Origin: a virus
Length of the DNA: 64,000 nt
Direction: 5' to 3' (one strand)
Virus record (IMG/VR): IMGVR_UViG_3300009514_000001
Location: 47,894 to 111,893 of that record
Made by a program: the position numbers and the translations under genes. The first letter of the stretch is position 1. Every line of letters begins with the position of its first letter. Positions 28,466 to 39,000 of the stretch are shown here, piece by piece. The notes beneath the pieces are model-generated. The model did not search any database. It saw nothing but the letters and a program-made list of their open reading frames with translations, and had not been told where the DNA came from.

Positions 28466-28568
28466 CCGCTGGCCTCAATCAAGGTCAAACCGTACGAGGA
28501 GGTCTCTCTCTCTTACAAGATATCGACTTTCTATCGACCCACTAGATCACACAAAGGCGCAGGGGTCT

Positions 28569-29156
28569 TTAGTCGGGCATCTCCAGGACGCTCTCAGCCT
28601 TGGCCTGGACAACTTGTCTCTGGCTGTCTTTCCGGGCCAGCTTCTCAGAGCGTCGCATATGCTCGAAAACACGTTGGGTGCTCCCTTTGAGATGCCGGTT
28701 CCCCTCTCGGGTCGTGAGCCCCACCGCGCCGGTCTTGATGTCCTTAACCAGGGAGGGCTCCATGTTCTGGATAGTGATGGTCCACTCGAAGGGCATCACG
28801 TCGCCGGCCCCAATCCAGAGAGCCCCTCCGTCCCCGCCGCGGACGACCTCAGTCTTCTTGAAAAGGAGACGTCCCGGCTTCTTGATAGGGTCATCGGTGC
28901 GTAGTCGCAGCTCCAGGTCGAAGAAGGTGACCGGGATGCGAATCGCAGGAGAGGAGAAGGTCAGGGTGAATCGGAGCTTGAGGTTGGCGTCGCCCTTGAT
29001 GATCTCGTCGAAGGAGTTGACCACGCCCCACCCAACGACATGGATGACCATGGCATCCTTGTCGACCAGGCGATCGAGGACCTCCTGTTCATCCTCCGAC
29101 ATCGGGGCGTAGAGGAAGTTAGGGTTCCCACCACCAAACATGTTGCCGTCAGCCAT
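28569..29156 (-). CDS. hypothetical protein
   Basis: about 195-aa ORF overlapping the upstream stop. Confidence 0.75.
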   Translation of the reverse strand: MADGNMFGGGNPNFLYAPMSEDEQEVLDRLVDKDAMVIHVVGWGVVNSFDEIIKGDANLKLRFTLTFSSPAIRIPVTFFDLELRLRTDDPIKKPGRLLFKKTEVVRGGDGGALWIGAGDVMPFEWTITIQNMEPSLVKDIKTGAVGLTTREGNRHLKGSTQRVFEHMRRSEKLARKDSQRQVVQAKAESVLEMPD

Positions 29157-29601
29157 CGCCACCTCGATTGAGAATCCGTACGTGACAAGCCCGGGGATTG
29201 CCGTCTCTCAGACCAGGGTAGAACTCTACCTCGTCGCCGGGCTTCGGAACATGATTCTCTCGGACTTCACTTCGATGGAGGAAGAGCGATTGGTCCCCAC
29301 TCTGGATGAACCCGTACCCTCTGACAGTGTCAAACTTCTCGACACGACCCCGCACGGGGGTTGTGTCAGATAGTCTGATGACACGGTCCGCCCGGGGGGC
29401 CTTGCGGCCTGACCCGAGGTCGAAGTCTACATGAACCTCGACATGCTCACCAGCGATAGGCGGTGGTGGGTCATCTCCCCCACCTGGACCGTGTTCGAAA
29501 CACGCCAGGTGGAAGAAGGCCTCCCTGCCTTCCTCGTCGCGGAGGAATCCGTACATTTTCGCGACGAGATATCTGTGGATGTGCATGCGTACCGTGGCCA
29601 C
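29149..29601 (-). CDS. tandem cold-shock-domain protein
   Basis: YGFL...AFFH and RGYGFI...LFLHRSEV (RNP1/RNP2 twice). Confidence 0.85.
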   Translation of the reverse strand: MATVRMHIHRYLVAKMYGFLRDEEGREAFFHLACFEHGPGGGDDPPPPIAGEHVEVHVDFDLGSGRKAPRADRVIRLSDTTPVRGRVEKFDTVRGYGFIQSGDQSLFLHRSEVRENHVPKPGDEVEFYPGLRDGNPRACHVRILNRGGDG

Positions 29602-29608
29602 ACGAGCC

Positions 29609-29833
29609 TCACTCCGGAGCTTGGTTCAACGCGTCCAGAATCTCGGCTTTGGTGTTCCGACTGGTTACGTCCAGGCCGCGCTCCTGTGCAGCCTGTAGAA
29701 GCTCGGCCTTGGTGTTGCTCATGGAGAGCACCTCGGGTTCCGAGACGGGTTCTGGCACCGGGGCCGGGGACTCGGGGAACTTCCGAGCCCTTCTCTTCAT
29801 AAATGGGGGTGTCCACTGACTCATGGATGTCAT
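29609..29833 (-). CDS. small Pro/Glu-linker plus HeH/Rho_N-like protein (paralog of the 3563-3919 C-terminus)
   Basis: TKAELLQAA...TKAEILDAL; GAGGAG RBS. Confidence 0.7.
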   Translation of the reverse strand: MTSMSQWTPPFMKRRARKFPESPAPVPEPVSEPEVLSMSNTKAELLQAAQERGLDVTSRNTKAEILDALNQAPE

Positions 29834-29939
29834 CTCCTCAAGGACGAGTATCTGGCTGGGGGGCACTTTGCCAAGCGCGCCCTCTTCTTAGAGTACCTGG
29901 GTTTGGTCAAGTTCGCGAACAGCACCCGAGACCAGGGCC

Positions 29940-30335
29940 CTACTGGCTTTCCTCAGGACCATCCTTCCCCCTCAAGCTCGTGGCGACCCCGAGACTGGCA
30001 TTGATTTTGGCAATTCGGACAAATTTGTCGAGGGAGGCCTGACCCAGAATTGTGCCCGTTTGGACAAACCCGCTGACGATGATGATCCCCATCATCAGGC
30101 CCCATGCAAGGACAGAAAGATCCCGCCCATACACGAACAGCATGGCAGCCAGAATGGCCTTCCACCCCGCCTCTGCGATAAGGTAGGCAATGAACTTTTT
30201 GCTACTCAGAGGGGACTTCTCAAAGTTGTGGCCCTGTTCGTCCTCGGACTCTGGCCCGGGCTCCACCTCGTCGACGACGATATCGATGTCGTCGGGGTCC
30301 ACCATCTCTGGGTCCATCGGTTCGTGGTCTGACAT
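29940..30335 (-). CDS. small membrane protein, possible holin
   Basis: acidic N-terminus, SKKF then two hydrophobic segments. Confidence 0.6.
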   Translation of the reverse strand: MSDHEPMDPEMVDPDDIDIVVDEVEPGPESEDEQGHNFEKSPLSSKKFIAYLIAEAGWKAILAAMLFVYGRDLSVLAWGLMMGIIIVSGFVQTGTILGQASLDKFVRIAKINASLGVATSLRGKDGPEESQ

Positions 30336-30787
30336 CAGGGTCCTCCGAAGTATCCACCGCGAGGACCAGTGGTGCGGATGCCAACCGTGTTGAACTTGCG
30401 CATGAGGTCGTCCGCTTCGTCGCGGGTGTCCTTGGCAGGTGTGAACACGAACGGACAGCGGGTGCGCAGATTGTTGAGTCTGTCCTGCTCTTGAGGCAGG
30501 AGACTGGGGAGAACCTTCTCGAAGTCCTCCCGGGCCTTTGCAATGGTCCGGAGTGCATGGAGGATGAACCCATCCTCCAGGTGCATGGGGTTGGCAGGGT
30601 CGCCGGGGTTGCCGGAATTGTCGACCCAGGGGGTCGCTTCCTGACCCCACGTCAGGGCGTAACGCTGAGCCTCGAACTCGGCCCGGAACACAGTCCCGTC
30701 AGTTACTGTCCACTGCGGTGCCCCTCTGAGCGTGTTCTGCCCAGAGTCGTTCACCCACCAAATTCTCGCCAAATCGTCCGCCAGCAT
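30335..30787 (-). CDS. hypothetical protein
   Basis: GAGGAGG RBS; 150-aa ORF. Confidence 0.7.
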   Translation of the reverse strand: MLADDLARIWWVNDSGQNTLRGAPQWTVTDGTVFRAEFEAQRYALTWGQEATPWVDNSGNPGDPANPMHLEDGFILHALRTIAKAREDFEKVLPSLLPQEQDRLNNLRTRCPFVFTPAKDTRDEADDLMRKFNTVGIRTTGPRGGYFGGP

Positions 30788-30844
30788 ACCCCCTCCTCGG
30801 GCTCATACACTGACGGACAATATAGAAAGAACCGCAGACCGAGG

Positions 30845-31891
30845 TCAGTCCTCAATAAGAGCGTCGAACTCCGCCTCAGACAACCCAGCGTCTTCCAGGG
30901 CCTGGTTGGGGTCGATCTTGTCGGCGGTGTCGAGCATCTTGCCCATAAACCCCCCCGTCGTCCTCGGGATGACCTGCTTGACCTGCTTCGGCGGAGGAGA
31001 TTCTTCCACGTCCTCTTCCAAACCCTCGAAAAACTCCTCTCCAAGATCATCGTCTTGGCTGTCCGTGTCCAGCCCGTCCAGGAGACCTTTGGGGGCCCTC
31101 TTGATGCCGTTGGTCCCGGACGTCTTGGGTTTGGGCTTGGATGTCTTCACAATGGCCTTCCCGTTGGGTTTGGGCTCCTCGGCCTCGGCCTTCTTGGGTT
31201 CCTCGGCCTCGGCCTTCTTGGGCTCCTCGGCCTTCTTGGGTTCCTCGGCCTTCTTGGGTTCCTCGGCCTTCTTGGGTTCCTCGGCCTTCTTGGGTTCCTC
31301 GGCCTCGGCCTTCTTGGGCTCCTCGGCCTTCTTGGGCTCCTCGGCCTTCTTGGGCTCCTCGGCCTTCTTGGGCTCCTCGGCCTTCTTGGGCTCCTTGGTC
31401 GCTTCCTGACGAGCCGCCTCCGCGACGAGGAACGCCTGAATCTCTGTTCGTACCCGGCCCATGTGACTGATGTCCACTCCCAATTGCCGGGCCCACTGAC
31501 GAAGAGGCTCCATAAACATCGTCTTGTGGGTATAGGCCCTCTTGGCCGGGGGGTCGACCAGTGGAGACCTACCATCTTCCTGTGCGGGAACGGAAACGGC
31601 GACACCCTCAAGGATAACCCACAACAAACCATCCGCGTCAACTCGGATGTTTGTGCCTCCTTCGCTCTCCGCCGCCATCTTGGTGAAGGGATTGTTGGGA
31701 AGACCGCGAGTCGCTTCCTTGACCGCCTCTTCGAGTTGTCTCCGACACCGAACCAGGTTGGACCATATAGTGTGGGAGGTCGCCGGGTCGGGGTGGTAGG
31801 CCTTGCTCGGCGCACTCAAGAGATGTTGGGCCAACTTTTGAGGCAAGGGGCGGCGGTTGCCACCATCGCGGTCATCGTCATCATCGCTCAT
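30845..31891 (-). CDS. low-complexity protein with EPKKAE repeats and HeH-like segment
   Basis: MSDDDDD start; 11 PKKA(EA)EE units; acidic tail. Confidence 0.7.
   Translation of the reverse strand: MSDDDDDRDGGNRRPLPQKLAQHLLSAPSKAYHPDPATSHTIWSNLVRCRRQLEEAVKEATRGLPNNPFTKMAAESEGGTNIRVDADGLLWVILEGVAVSVPAQEDGRSPLVDPPAKRAYTHKTMFMEPLRQWARQLGVDISHMGRVRTEIQAFLVAEAARQEATKEPKKAEEPKKAEEPKKAEEPKKAEEPKKAEAEEPKKAEEPKKAEEPKKAEEPKKAEEPKKAEAEEPKKAEAEEPKPNGKAIVKTSKPKPKTSGTNGIKRAPKGLLDGLDTDSQDDDLGEEFFEGLEEDVEESPPPKQVKQVIPRTTGGFMGKMLDTADKIDPNQALEDAGLSEAEFDALIED
31169..31396. repeat. coding tandem repeat of 18/24-bp units
   Basis: CCTCGGCCTTCTTGGG(C/T)T units, 11 copies. Confidence 0.95.
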
Positions 31892-31895
31892 GACA

Positions 31896-32381
31896 TCAAC
31901 CCCCCTCAAGCTCGAAAGACACCCTCTCCAACTCGACGAACTCCCCTTCGACGAAGGACACGCGCCCACTGACGTTCATCCGGAAGGGACGGGACTTCTT
32001 GAACTGCTCGATGAGGCGGGTGTCCGTCAGCCGGAACCCTCCGCGCCAACCGAGAAGACTGGCATACAGGAAATCCAAGGCGGTAGGCTCGGAAATCTCG
32101 GCCACATGACAGACTAGAAGGGGAACGTCCTTGACGTCGGCCCCTCGCTCAGGAACCTCGATCTTGCCCTCCGAGGCCTTCAGGCGTGACCTAGCTTCCA
32201 GGTAGTCGGCCTGGAAGCGGAGACTCTCCTGTTCCCCCTTCGAGAGTCCAGTCCCCTGCGCAATCTTGTCGACGTACAGGGTCTCAATCCGCATGTCCGG
32301 GTAGGACTCCAGCGCCCACGCCAGGCGGGGGTTGTCCGAAGCCCAGGATTCGTACGCCTCAGTTTTCTTCATGTCACTCAA
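31896..32381 (-). CDS. hypothetical protein
   Basis: AAGGAGG RBS and promoter motif upstream. Confidence 0.75.
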   Translation of the reverse strand: MSDMKKTEAYESWASDNPRLAWALESYPDMRIETLYVDKIAQGTGLSKGEQESLRFQADYLEARSRLKASEGKIEVPERGADVKDVPLLVCHVAEISEPTALDFLYASLLGWRGGFRLTDTRLIEQFKKSRPFRMNVSGRVSFVEGEFVELERVSFELEGG

Positions 32382-32413
32382 GGTCGCCTCCTTTCGACGG
32401 TTCTCTAGCCTTT

Positions 32414-32441
32414 CATACGACCGGCGAGACCAGAGTGGACC
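32414..32441 (-). promoter_or_regulatory. putative promoter, GGTCC-N14-GGTCGTATR
   Basis: third copy of the motif with identical spacing. Confidence 0.7.
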
Positions 32442-32444
32442 CCC

Positions 32445-33251
32445 CTAGTCTCCGAACAGGTCCAGAATTCCGAAGGAGTCCTCCGGACGAGTCCGCGTCG
32501 ACGGCACATGGGGAGCACGTCTCCCATAGGCGGTTAGGGCGTCTTTTTCGACGTCGAATCCGATGAATCTGCGCCCCAGACCCTCCGCAGCGACCAGGGT
32601 GGTCCCGCTGCCGGCAAAGGGGTCGACGACGATATCACCGGGATGACTCGCCTGTCGAATCATGACCTCCATCAGCTCAACCGGCTTCTGGGTCGGATAG
32701 AGATCGTCGCCTCGGGGGGCCTTGAAAGGGAGGACATCCCGCACACCTCTGTCCTCCGCCATAGGACGCTTGCCTTTCTCGGCGAAGAGAATCATCTCGT
32801 AGGACCCCCGGTACGGGTACCCCATGCCCATTGAGCCTTCGGAAAGGACGGCCCCTCCCATTGAACCACAGACAGAGCACTCGGTACCGCTCATCCTCCC
32901 AACCTTCTGCCAGATGAGAGGCTTGCGCAGCTCGAATCCCACCTCCAGAACCATCGGGACCATGGCCAAGAAGGCCTGGTACTCGCACATGATGTACAGG
33001 TGCGTCTTGTTCTTGAGGACCCGATAACACTCCCGAAGCACCTCTTCCAGGTACTCGGCCGGGACCACCGGGAACCACTTGTTCGAGCTTCCCTTCGACT
33101 CCTTCAGTCGGGTCGTCGTGCCCAGGGCCCGCCACTTCTCCATCGAGTCGTAGGCCGGGTCCATGAGGATGAGATCGACCACCCCGTCGTCCAGGGAGCG
33201 GAGACCCTCCAGGGCTCCTATGAGGTGCATTCGGTCCAGTTTGAGACTCAT
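32445..33251 (-). CDS. orphan N4-C/N6-A DNA methyltransferase (beta class)
   Basis: DPAY (motif IV), PTQKPVEL, VVDPFAGSGTT (motif I). Confidence 0.92.
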   Translation of the reverse strand: MSLKLDRMHLIGALEGLRSLDDGVVDLILMDPAYDSMEKWRALGTTTRLKESKGSSNKWFPVVPAEYLEEVLRECYRVLKNKTHLYIMCEYQAFLAMVPMVLEVGFELRKPLIWQKVGRMSGTECSVCGSMGGAVLSEGSMGMGYPYRGSYEMILFAEKGKRPMAEDRGVRDVLPFKAPRGDDLYPTQKPVELMEVMIRQASHPGDIVVDPFAGSGTTLVAAEGLGRRFIGFDVEKDALTAYGRRAPHVPSTRTRPEDSFGILDLFGD

Positions 33252-33724
33252 GAGGACCTCTCGGGACAGGTGGACTTGTCAGCGGCGGCCTTCCGGATTC
33301 TCATCGCGGCTTCGAGCTGGTGTACGTTCCAGTCGTCGAGGCCACAGGTATTCTCCGTGCCGGGATTGTAGAAGAAGCACTGAGGACACTGCGCCGTCCT
33401 CCAGGCCGTCGCTCCCATCGCTCCCATAATACGCATCCTCTCCTCCTTGAGTTGGTCCGTCTCCGGCTGTCCATACACTTGGACCAAACACCCACGATTC
33501 GTCAAGAGGCCCTCAAGACGAGCCGTCTGAGCGGCCGTGAGAACTACCTTCCAAAGGGTGAACCCGCCGTCATGGACCAGGGGAGGCCCGTTGGATACCT
33601 CCAAGGCCGTGGGCTCGCCTCCCGCGACCTGAAAGGTCCATAGACGCTGGCGCTGCTCCCCGTCGGCCATCACCGGCAAACCAGTGAAGGGGTCGGTCAC
33701 GAACTTGTTGTCGTTAGACGTCAC
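33248..33724 (-). CDS. hypothetical protein with Cys cluster (start uncertain)
   Basis: CPQC...C...C; coupled to the methyltransferase start. Confidence 0.65.
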   Translation of the reverse strand: MTSNDNKFVTDPFTGLPVMADGEQRQRLWTFQVAGGEPTALEVSNGPPLVHDGGFTLWKVVLTAAQTARLEGLLTNRGCLVQVYGQPETDQLKEERMRIMGAMGATAWRTAQCPQCFFYNPGTENTCGLDDWNVHQLEAAMRIRKAAADKSTCPERSS

Positions 33725-34827
33725 TAACCACACCGGTGGAGGGATGCCGACCACCCGACCTGGCGGTCCGAGTATCTATCCACCGTTCCTAGGCGAAGGA
33801 CCACCGACCCTGTGGCCTCCGGAAGACCCTGAACCAGGTTGGTGTGGAGGGCCGAGATGGCGGTACCCAGGGGGGAGAACTTGGACTGAATCTTCCGGGA
33901 AACGATGGTCATCGTCCACTCGGCTGACGAGACCACCGCATCACCCTGAGCGGCCCCGGAGACCACCTTGACACCACTCGCCAGGAGACGGTCCGTCAGG
34001 TGTTTGCGTAGAGCTGGGAGGCTGCTGCGGCGACCTTGGGTCGTCCCTACTGCCGCGAAGGCAAACTTCTCGCTCTCCCCCTCCGACAAGCTCGCCAGAG
34101 CACTCCCCGTCGAAGACTCGACTCGGCGAAGGGCCGGCAAACGACCTCTCTCATACCCCTGGGGGTCCGTCGCCGGATTCTCCCTGACAGTCATCTTCCC
34201 TGGAGGAGACTTCACCAGGTTGCCGAACCTGTCGACCTCTGGAGCCTCCTCGATTTGGGCCGCCTGGGACACTTCCTGCTCTAGGGCGTGCTGGATCTCG
34301 TCGGAGGCTGTGCTGAGCATCGAGCCGATGGCTACTGGGTTCAGAGCATCCGTCTCCACAGGGACGGCTGGTGTCGCCTGTCGAGGCATGGGGCCGTGAC
34401 GAAGCTCCGGGGCGTCCCCGTCGAACTGGAGCCTCTCCATCATCCTGGCCATGTACATGGGATGGCCTTGAGGGAGACGCTCCGGGTTAGGCTGGAACAG
34501 GACAGAGCTAGGGTCTTGCAGGTCCGGCGGGGCCGAGGGCGCGGCAAGGTTGTGTCCCGTCGGTCTCGGACCGACGAAGTCCGCCTCGGACAACATATCC
34601 GTCACCTCCGGGCAGAGGGCGAGCTGGGCCAGCTCCATCATCGCGTCGCGCATGTTCAGCTCACCGGACTGGATGCGCTCCGCAATGGGCTTGGTCTTGT
34701 CTGCCAGGACCTTGAGATTCGGGTTGGCCTCGACGGCCTTCTCAAGGGCCTCGACATAGGTTCCGAGGTCGGCGTCCTCCATAAGAAGCTGCTGAAGGGC
34801 GAGTTCTGGTCGTTCGATGTCAGTCAT
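33724..34827 (-). CDS. hypothetical protein
   Basis: 367-aa ORF in the operon. Confidence 0.75.
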   Translation of the reverse strand: MTDIERPELALQQLLMEDADLGTYVEALEKAVEANPNLKVLADKTKPIAERIQSGELNMRDAMMELAQLALCPEVTDMLSEADFVGPRPTGHNLAAPSAPPDLQDPSSVLFQPNPERLPQGHPMYMARMMERLQFDGDAPELRHGPMPRQATPAVPVETDALNPVAIGSMLSTASDEIQHALEQEVSQAAQIEEAPEVDRFGNLVKSPPGKMTVRENPATDPQGYERGRLPALRRVESSTGSALASLSEGESEKFAFAAVGTTQGRRSSLPALRKHLTDRLLASGVKVVSGAAQGDAVVSSAEWTMTIVSRKIQSKFSPLGTAISALHTNLVQGLPEATGSVVLRLGTVDRYSDRQVGWSASLHRCG

Positions 34828-35785
34828 CTTTCTTCCCCACTGTGATACGGACCCCAGACTCTACCTTGCGGACCGCGTTCTTCGGACTCCAAGGGTCTCC
34901 GCTCGGGAGAAGGCTCCGGGCAGGACCTCCGTCGACCATCTGGCCACCAGGATGAACCGGAACGTTCTGGAGACGTGGTGGCTGGCGTGGTTCCGAAGGA
35001 CTGGGAGGTGTCTGTGGTGACGGGGACCTCTCGGGCTCCGATTCCTGGGATGGCTTCGGAGGTGCCGGAGCGTAGAACGGGTCGCCCAGGTCCTTCACCT
35101 GGTCCTGGAACTGCGCCTGACGGGTAAGGATACGCTCAGCCCACGAAAGGTGCTTGCACTTGCGGTCGTACTTCCCGGCATTGCAGGTACAGGCGACGGC
35201 CTTGCCGTCGTCGTCGAGGCTGACCTCGTAGATGGTCCCAGGATTGGACTCGGACTCGACCTCGATGACCCGATACTCCGGACCCTCGTCGTCCTCGACG
35301 GGGACGGGAACAGGAGCCTCGCCTTCGGTCTCCTCGTCGTGGCTGGGACCCGAGCCGTCCCCCCACTCCTTCCGGAGGGCTTTGACGGCGTCCTCGACAA
35401 TACTCCGGTCCTCGACGGACTCCTCGTCCATGGGGAGGTGGTCGACGAGCATATCGAGGCCCTCGTCCTCGCCTGGAACCATCCAGTCGCCACGACGGTC
35501 GGCAACCTCCAGACGGATGGCCTCCCGAATCAGGGAGGGGAAGTCGATAGCACGCATGTGTTTCCAGCGGGGATCGTCCAGGGAGGCAGTCTGTCTCAGG
35601 GGACCGAACATGCGGTCGACCTGGGTCCGCATGCGCTGTTCCCATTCGAGGTTCGCCAGCTTCGCGTAGTCACAGGTGTGGTTGCGGCAGGCCTGGCAGA
35701 AGGTCTGCCGAAGCTCCATCTCTGAGACCTTCTTCCCAGCCTGTTTGCTGAGGTCCTCAAGACACCCTGATGTCAGGTCCGGCAT
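34820..35785 (-). CDS. SWIM zinc-finger protein
   Basis: YEVSL...ACTCNAG....CKH; N-terminal Cys cluster. Confidence 0.8.
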   Translation of the reverse strand: MPDLTSGCLEDLSKQAGKKVSEMELRQTFCQACRNHTCDYAKLANLEWEQRMRTQVDRMFGPLRQTASLDDPRWKHMRAIDFPSLIREAIRLEVADRRGDWMVPGEDEGLDMLVDHLPMDEESVEDRSIVEDAVKALRKEWGDGSGPSHDEETEGEAPVPVPVEDDEGPEYRVIEVESESNPGTIYEVSLDDDGKAVACTCNAGKYDRKCKHLSWAERILTRQAQFQDQVKDLGDPFYAPAPPKPSQESEPERSPSPQTPPSPSEPRQPPRLQNVPVHPGGQMVDGGPARSLLPSGDPWSPKNAVRKVESGVRITVGKKDD

Positions 35786-36034
35786 CGTCTTCTCTCGTCT
35801 TGTCTATCTTCTCATCGAGAACGCGCAGGTGTCTCTCTTGCCTGGCAAGGGACTTCTCCTGGGCCCTGAGGGCACCATTGTGCACCTTACCGAGGGTGGC
35901 GCGGATTCGTTCCACGCGCCTCTCGACGAGACGAGCCCCTCCCTGCACTCAGCGAGGTCACCTGGACACTCGGACGAAGGTCCAATACCCAGAGCGGCCT
36001 CCAAGACAGCTAGGCGTCTTTGGGTGTCATCCAT
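35757..36034 (-). other. small coiled-coil gene apparently split by a frameshift near 35936-35939
   Basis: MDDTQRRLAVLEAAL...ECRE continues best as ARLVERRVERIR in the -1 frame at a G4 run. Confidence 0.45.
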
Positions 36035-39000
36035 CCATCAACTCGACGAAACGACCGCGGTCGACCAGGACCGGCTCGGGGAACCATCCGTCAAGGGGTA
36101 CCCCATCGGGGGCGAACAGCTCCAACCGGAACCCTTCGGGGTCGTGGGACCCTACGATGGCCTGGGCGATTCTCTCCCCCTCCTCCTCGTCTACCTTCGA
36201 GAGTCGGTACGGGATGACTCGGCTTTCCAGAGAATCCTCCGCGGGTCCCTTTGGGACTCCCTGGGAACCCGAATGGAACATGTCCCAGGCCCTCGCCAGA
36301 GCCGCTTTCTCCTCCTCTGTCAGAGGGTTCTCGCGGTCGTGTCTGCCGCTCTCGAAGTAAGGTTCGAGGGTCGGTGGCCACCTGATGTCCTCGAAGGACC
36401 CAAACTTCCCTTTGACGTCCTCAGAGTTTCCGTAGAACCCACGGACACGACGTAGGAGGGCCCAAATCTGGTCGTCGTCGAGCCCTGGCTGCTGAAGCTC
36501 TCTGCGCAGGCCGACAGCATACCGGAAGGCCGTCATGTTGTGTTTGACCGTCCAGTTCGGACCAAGCTCGACGTCCACAGTAAGGGGGACCGCCCAATTT
36601 CTGCCTAGGATGATCGGGTTGGATACCATCAACCCGGAGAACAAGTCGCAGGCTTCCTCAAGGATGTCATTGCGGATCTCAAACACCAGCTCATCGTGCA
36701 TGGTGATGATCATCCGAACCTTGTCCTGCCACTTTCTCCTGCGGACCTCCTTGTAAATGAGACCCATCGCCAGTTTGGTGATGTCAGCGCTCGACCCCTG
36801 AATCGGGCTGTTCACTGCGTTGCGTTCCGCCTTGGCCCGGATGAACCTCTCTTCGTGCTTGATATCGGGGAGCGGGAACTTGCGCTGGAACGCCGTGATG
36901 ACGTAGCCGTGGTCCTTGGCGAACTTACGGGTTCTCTTCCACCACTCTTGGAGGGAGGTATATGCCTTCTTGAACTGGTTGGCGATGCGGTAGGCCTCGT
37001 TCTCACCACACCCGGTGTTGCGGTGGATGGCCTTCGGCCCACCCCCATACGAGAGGGCGAAGTTGGCGCTGTTGTGGACCACCAGGCCATTGGTCCAGTA
37101 GACGTTGGGTTCCGCAACATGAAGGTCGACGACGTTCGACGTGCCAGCAGGCAGGATGACCCTGACCTTATTTGCCCCTGTCGCGGACTTGTATTCCTTG
37201 GCCTCGCGGAGACGACTCCGCTTCATCGGGTGGCGAAGATAGGCGTAGAGCCCCCAGGCCTGTGAGGCCCGAATGTGTGTCCGCACATACCACCTCTGAT
37301 AGGTCTTGTTGAACGTCGGTTCCACACACGGAGTCATACCAAGGGCGTGACACACTGCGACCAACTGACCCGAGAACACGAAGTCCTTGGAGGTCCATGA
37401 CATGCGGCCGTCCTCTCCGACCGTCCCATCCGTGTCGACCAGACCGCCGAGGAAAGACCACAAGGCTGTGGGTCCGCGACCCAGAACCCAGTCCGGAATC
37501 CGAAGGCATCTCTTACCCTCGACTCCTTCGACGAGCCCAAGAGCAGACAGGAAGCGCATCGTGTGACGACTGCCCAAGTAGACCAGCTGGTCCTTTCGAG
37601 TCGGCAGGAATCCCACCTTCTCGCAGGACTCGACGATAATGTCCTGCCAGGTCTTGTAGGGCAGTCCGAGCTGGTCGACCTTGTCGACGTGGCCATGAGT
37701 GATTGACACGGAAGTCGACCCCTGCTTCGCCCCGTCGCCAGAGAACATGCCGGCGAAATAGGCCATGTCGGGGGACAATGACACCCCCATCTCAGGCAGG
37801 TTCTTGTAGGGTCGATACCCGACTCTACGCCAGGGTTTCGTCTCCACATAGGGAGTTCCAACGGGTTCTGCGAGGACATCGCCTGTGTCGAGGCCCTGTT
37901 CGATAGACTTGAACGTCCCATCGGCCAGGAGAAAACGATGCTGAGCGGTACAGGTCAAGAGGCCTCGACGGGAGACCACATGGTAGACCTCTTGCTCCCC
38001 TCCCTGGTAGGTCTCCAAAAGACGCAGCTCATCCTCTTCGCCGTCCTGGCCGGTAAACACCGTCCCAGGATACTTGAGGAACGTGTCGGGCTCCTCCGCG
38101 AACTTCAAGGAGCCGATGCGCCGGAGAGCCCCGCTCATACCGAGGATGCTGTCAGGGTGGACGCACTTGCCCTGTTTCCTCTTTTCTTTCCAGTCCTTAC
38201 GCCTCTGAGCGGACTCCCCGAAAATCTGAATGGCGGTCAGAGTGTGGATGTCCCCGATCTTGTCCTCGCCGCATTGGGGGCAGAAGAGGGGAGGGGCTGG
38301 GGGTGTGGTCTTGCCGTCTCCCCGGTCGAACTCCAGGTCACATGCACTGCACCGGAAAAACGCGTCAATCCACTTCTTCTCGCCGGAGAGATTGGCGGCC
38401 AAACGCAACTCGACGCCACCGAAATCGATAGCGACCATGGTCCACCCAGTGGGAGCCACGATACACTCACGAATCCTCAGCAGTGCCGGAGGCCTATTGG
38501 TGTCGTAGGTCGCAGGCATTGACTGGAGGTTGAACCGGGTCCCCCCTGTCTTCGCCGGCTCCCTCTCTCCCTTCGAGCTGAAACGTCCTGTCGCTGTAGC
38601 GAACTGGCGGAACCCGATCTTGAGAGTGTTGTCGTGGCGGTAGGTGTCCTCGAAGATGGCGTAGAGCTTACCGAGGGCGTTCTGGTTGCCGCGCATCCAC
38701 TTGATGCGATTGACGAATGGGTAGTCGTGGATTGAGTTCTCGATGACCTCTTCCAGGACTTCCTTGCCGGTAGCCACCTGGCCACTGGGGGTCTTCTTCA
38801 GACCTGGAACAGCCAGGTCCCACATGAGCGTCCCGAGCTGGGCCGGCGCAAGGACGTCGTAGCTGTCCTTCAGTTCGACGCCCTTGCGCGGGGGTGGTGC
38901 TTCCCGAGCAATCAGCTCGCCGAACTTCGGTGCGTCCAGGACGATGCGGAGACCTCCCTTTCCTGAGTGGTTGGCGACGGACACTTGGCCCGTCTGACAC

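Noticed and set aside
30491..31972. Long Leu/Gly-rich membrane-like ORF on the plus strand
   Set aside because: Shadow of the EPKKAE repeat gene on the opposite strand.
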